Position numbers and translations under genes: made by a program. Positions 28,138 through 31,117 of a DNA stretch of 31,117 nucleotides are shown piece after piece. The stretch covers positions 2,137 to 33,253 of the forward strand of contig CAXSIE010000001.1 of assembly GCA_964237295.1 (NCBI GenBank). Reading direction: 5' to 3'. The notes under the pieces were generated by a model, which was not told where the DNA came from, made no database searches, and was given only the letters and a program-made list of their open reading frames with translations. The stretch is from an uncultured Flavihumibacter sp. (lineage in GTDB: Bacteria; Bacteroidota; Bacteroidia; Chitinophagales; Chitinophagaceae). Position 1 is the first letter of the stretch. Each line of letters begins with the position of its first letter.

Positions 28138-28307
28138 CTGTGGGAGAAGGACTCGAACCTCCACGGGGCAGTTAGCTATTGCACAAAGTTCAGTGGTCGA
28201 CCCTGGTCGCTTTTATATTGCTATAAAAGCGGCTCTATGCAACGTTTATTCAGAACCCCCACCCCCGAGACAAGAGGGCATGTCTGCCAAAATTTCATCA
28301 TCCCACA
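28138..28307 (-). ncRNA. tRNA-like RNA copy B (GUC anticodon, 99-nt variable-arm domain)
   Basis: Acceptor TGTGGGA/TCCCACA + G73; D and anticodon arms identical to copy A; T arm GGAGG-TTCGAGT-CCTTC; 180-nt period with a 10-nt spacer. Confidence 0.87.
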
Positions 28308-28364
28308 TTTAAATCAATGAACTGATTAGTATCAAAAGAATGCCTTCAACAGATAATCATGATG

Positions 28365-28397
28365 CAATATTAATACAACTACCCCGTTAGTTACAAA
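28365..28397 (-). promoter_or_regulatory. Putative Bacteroidota housekeeping promoter for the tRNA-like pair
   Basis: Minus-strand TTTG (28397-28394)-N21-TAATATTG (28372-28365) versus consensus TTTG-N19-21-TAnnTTTG (one mismatch). Confidence 0.5.
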
Positions 28398-28480
28398 ACA
28401 TTCAATAAAGATTTTAAAACTTTAGTAAACGTCTAAGAAAAGGTATATTACAGTGAATATATTCTAAAAGACATCTTTAT

Positions 28481-28951
28481 ATGGCGGTTAAATTTAATCT
28501 TGACAAATTGGATATTCAAATTATTCATGAAATGGTAGAAGATGCGGAAATATCTTATGCCGAACTCGGAAAAAAATTGTTTGTTTCCGGCGGTACCATT
28601 CATGTAAGAATTAAAAAACTTCAGGAATATAAAATAGTCCGGGGTACAAGGTTGGCAGTAGATTTGAAGCAGCTGGGATATGATGTTATCGCTTTCATAG
28701 GAATTTACCTTGAAAAAAGCTCATTATACGATGCTGTAGCAAAGGAATTGAGAAAGATACCCGATATTGTACGACTTAACTACACTACCGGCAATTATAG
28801 CATGTTCGCAGAAATTATTTGTAAAGATATCAACAAGCTTAGGTTTGTTTTACATGATGAACTGCAAAAAATAAAGGGTATCGAACGAACAGAAACCTTT
28901 ATTTCCCTGGAAGAAAGTTTTTCGAGAAACGTTCAGATTACTATGGATTAA
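28481..28951 (+). CDS. Lrp/AsnC family transcriptional regulator
   Basis: LDKLDIQII...ISYAELGKKL.VSGGTIHVRIKKL HTH; RAM domain YTTGNYSMFAEI...IERTETFISL. Confidence 0.95.
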   Translation: MAVKFNLDKLDIQIIHEMVEDAEISYAELGKKLFVSGGTIHVRIKKLQEYKIVRGTRLAVDLKQLGYDVIAFIGIYLEKSSLYDAVAKELRKIPDIVRLNYTTGNYSMFAEIICKDINKLRFVLHDELQKIKGIERTETFISLEESFSRNVQITMD

Positions 28952-29027
28952 GAATAGATACAGTAATATTCACAAACTTTCCAGGATATGTTAACTTTAT
29001 GCGTAACCTGAGAATTAATTAAACCAT

Positions 29028-29426
29028 ATGAAACTATCAAAATATATTCTTTTATCAATTTGTATCATACTTTTCGCAGTAGTTGCTTGTCAAAAAAGTT
29101 CATCAAAAGAAGAATCCCTGGTGGTAGAAACACTGCCGCTGGCAAACGGGCATGTTGAAGCTGCCGCTCCCGGTCCTGATTTTCCATTAACGGTTACCAT
29201 TAAATCTGCCATGCCTTCCGGTGGTGTTAAAATTGATGTTACGGCAAAACCTGATGGCGGTACTGTAGCATTTTTTTCATCTTCAAAAACTACCAGTACA
29301 GCAACAACAAGCTTTAGTATCACAGGCACTACCGCAGGCATTGTGTCATTGGTAGAAATTACCGTTACATCAGTTTCGTCTTCATCAAATAAATGGACAG
29401 GAAGCTATAAGTACTCGAGGAAGTAG
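29028..29426 (+). CDS. Hypothetical lipoprotein (Ig-like, Ser/Thr-rich)
   Basis: Lipobox VVAC; beta-strand pattern. Confidence 0.78.
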   Translation: MKLSKYILLSICIILFAVVACQKSSSKEESLVVETLPLANGHVEAAAPGPDFPLTVTIKSAMPSGGVKIDVTAKPDGGTVAFFSSSKTTSTATTSFSITGTTAGIVSLVEITVTSVSSSSNKWTGSYKYSRK

Positions 29427-29431
29427 TTGTC

Positions 29432-29458
29432 AGGTATGAGATGTTGGGTATGAGGTTT
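29432..29458 (-). repeat. Inverted, partly degenerate copies of the heptamer
   Basis: AGGTATGAGATGTTGGGTATGAGGTTT; its reverse complement matches 29531-29557 at 23/27 positions. Confidence 0.85.
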
Positions 29459-29533
29459 AGGCAAAGCAACTTACAACAAATATTGAAGATAATGTTATGC
29501 GAAGCAGCGCATGTCACTAATTCTTTGTCAAAA

Positions 29534-29592
29534 CCTCATACCTCATACCTCATACCTCATACCTCATACCTCATACCTCATACCTCATACCT
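29534..29592 (+). repeat. Perfect heptanucleotide tandem repeat (CCTCATA)8
   Basis: Eight exact units at 29534-29589 plus partial CCT, abutting the TAG stop of the ABC permease. Confidence 0.97.
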
Positions 29593-30679
29593 ACTTCACA
29601 TTCAAAGCGTCTCTCAAGCCATTACCCAACAAATTAAAAGCCAGCACCAGCAACATTATTGCAAACCCCGGAGCCAGGGCCAGCATCGGATTATGGGTGA
29701 TAATAAAATTATAATTCTCCTTAATCATCAATCCCCAACTAGGTTGTGGCGGTTGAACACCAACGCCAAGAAAACTAAGTCCGGCTTCAATTACAATGGC
29801 AGAAGCGAAATTGGATGCGGCTACAACCAATACCGGGCCTAATATATTAGGAAGAATGTGCCTGAAAATGATGCGGCTGTCGGAAAATCCTAAAGCCCTT
29901 GCTGCTTCTACATATTCCAGTTCACGAACACCCAAAACCTGGCCACGCACAATGCGCGCTACACTTACCCACATCGTTAATCCTACTGCAATAAATACCT
30001 GCCAGAAACCTTTTCCTAATAATAATGTAATGGCAAACACAAGTAATAAAGTAGGTATGCTCCATATTATGTTTATCAACCACATGATAACATCGTCTAC
30101 CCATCCACGGAAGTAGCCGGCAATGGCTCCTAAAACAATTCCAATGGTTAATGAAATAATAATTGCTATCAGCCCAACACTTAAACTTACCCTGATGCCC
30201 ACTATCAGCCTGCTTAAAATATCTCTGCCATATTTATCCGTTCCCAACCATGATGTTTTGGTAACAAAATAATTATCTGCGGACTTCTCAAATCCGGATT
30301 TGGGAAACCTGATAATTTCGTAAACCCCTTCATCAATATATTTTTCAAAAATCACTGAATCCCTGGTTATATTATAGCCATTCACAGGAACAAAAATGTA
30401 AGCTTCCTCCTGTCCATAAAGCAAACGATGAATAAAACCGGCTGTTTTTACAGGTCCTTCTTTTTTTTCTTTCATAAACATTTGCCTCGATCCTGGTTTT
30501 AAACCGCCTATTTCTACAATCATCCTGTTTGCGTTGGGGGAAGCATCGGGTGCAATCAGGTAAGCGGAAATAGCAAGTAGCGTAGCCATCAATATAATGA
30601 ACATCCCAAAAACAGCAGCTTTATTTTTCTTTAATTTAAGCCAGGTAGCTTTTTGTATGGAATTTTCGGGAGGTATCAT
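29591..30679 (-). CDS. Peptide/nickel ABC transporter permease (DppC/OppC family)
   Basis: WLGTDKYGRDILSRL, EYVEAARALGFSDSRIIFRHILPN (EAA loop), IEAGLSFLGVGVQPPQPSWG. Confidence 0.95.
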   Translation of the reverse strand: MIPPENSIQKATWLKLKKNKAAVFGMFIILMATLLAISAYLIAPDASPNANRMIVEIGGLKPGSRQMFMKEKKEGPVKTAGFIHRLLYGQEEAYIFVPVNGYNITRDSVIFEKYIDEGVYEIIRFPKSGFEKSADNYFVTKTSWLGTDKYGRDILSRLIVGIRVSLSVGLIAIIISLTIGIVLGAIAGYFRGWVDDVIMWLINIIWSIPTLLLVFAITLLLGKGFWQVFIAVGLTMWVSVARIVRGQVLGVRELEYVEAARALGFSDSRIIFRHILPNILGPVLVVAASNFASAIVIEAGLSFLGVGVQPPQPSWGLMIKENYNFIITHNPMLALAPGFAIMLLVLAFNLLGNGLRDALNVK

Positions 30680-30703
30680 TTTTTGTAAAGTACTGAATTT
30701 ATA

Positions 30704-31117
30704 TTATTTAACTTTCCTGCTTTTCCATTCGTAACTGCCAAACTTGCCTAACCATCCGGCTACAACAGTATAAATAATATGTAAGGGTTGCAAAAAAGGA
30801 AAGTAAATCATCAGGTGTTGCTGATTAAAGAATACAGATACTTTTCTAATAAAATAAAATTCAAAAATGGTTTTAGCTGCTATTAATGCAAAAAATACGA
30901 ATACCCATTTAATGTTCCATATCCCGGCAAATAGAAATATAAGTATAAACAGGTTGATCAGGTAAACAATCAGCAATACACCAAAAATTCTTTTATCATT
31001 GTATTTATCCGCCTTGCTGGCCCATCGGATACGTTGATGAAGGAAATCTTTCCAGGAGGGGGCGGCGGCTGTGCTTACAATCGCAGCTTTTTCTTTCACA
31101 AAAAAGAACCGGTTCGG
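30704..31117 (-). CDS. GT2-family glycosyltransferase C-terminal membrane part, 5'-truncated
   Basis: Frame is open to window end; FLHQRIRWASK (QxxRW motif), TM helices and terminal YEWKSRKVK typical of Bacteroidota GT2. Confidence 0.82.
   Translation of the reverse strand, partial: PNRFFFVKEKAAIVSTAAAPSWKDFLHQRIRWASKADKYNDKRIFGVLLIVYLINLFILIFLFAGIWNIKWVFVFFALIAAKTIFEFYFIRKVSVFFNQQHLMIYFPFLQPLHIIYTVVAGWLGKFGSYEWKSRKVK

Noticed and set aside
27958-28307. CRISPR array or intron-containing ordinary tRNA-Asp
   Set aside because: Only two 170-nt units, no unique spacers and no cas genes. The insert is in the variable arm rather than the anticodon loop and is too short for a group I/II intron. 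Excision is not excluded experimentally.
28013-28320. ORFs 28013-28312 and 28057-28320 (+) with internal repeats
   Set aside because: They are antisense read-outs of the duplicated tRNA-like RNAs; covariation supports RNA structure, not protein.
29441-29842. ORFs 29441-29842 and 29511-29714 with PHTSYLI repeats
   Set aside because: Translation artefacts of the heptamer array, overlapping the ABC permease antisense.
1756-30116. Numerous 60-130 aa ORFs overlapping well-supported genes
   Set aside because: Shadow or alternate-frame ORFs with no motifs, fully inside conserved CDSs.

Overview
Bacteroidota genomic window (Chitinophagaceae-like gene content; inference). 1-10986: conserved respiratory supercluster, with alternative complex III (actC partial, actD, actE, actF) followed by an A1-type heme-copper oxidase (subunits II, I, two subunit III homologs, IV), heme O synthase, SCO and DUF420. 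11097-14305: housekeeping genes (KTSC, TAT-exported sugar-phosphate isomerase-like, DUF4230, alkyltransferase-like, DUF5522-like, trmB). About 14400-27900: patchy accessory region with AT-rich small ORFs (two phage-flavoured), an internally deleted adenylate cyclase, glyoxalase, S41 peptidase, RidA, YceI, DUF3667, a T9SS type-B SprB-repeat protein, a frameshifted IS982 transposase and a nonsense-disrupted pentapeptide-repeat gene. Highlight: two tandem 170-nt tRNA-like RNAs on the minus strand (27958-28127, 28138-28307). Each has an intact class-II (Leu-type) core, a GUC (Asp) anticodon with non-canonical U37, a G73 discriminator and a 99-nt structured variable-arm domain. Compensatory changes between the copies support the fold. 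The pair has its own putative promoter and terminator and is divergent from an Lrp/AsnC regulator. The window ends with a lipoprotein, a (CCTCATA)8 array with inverted partner copies, an ABC permease and a partial glycosyltransferase. No database searches or folding programs were run; all calls are by eye.
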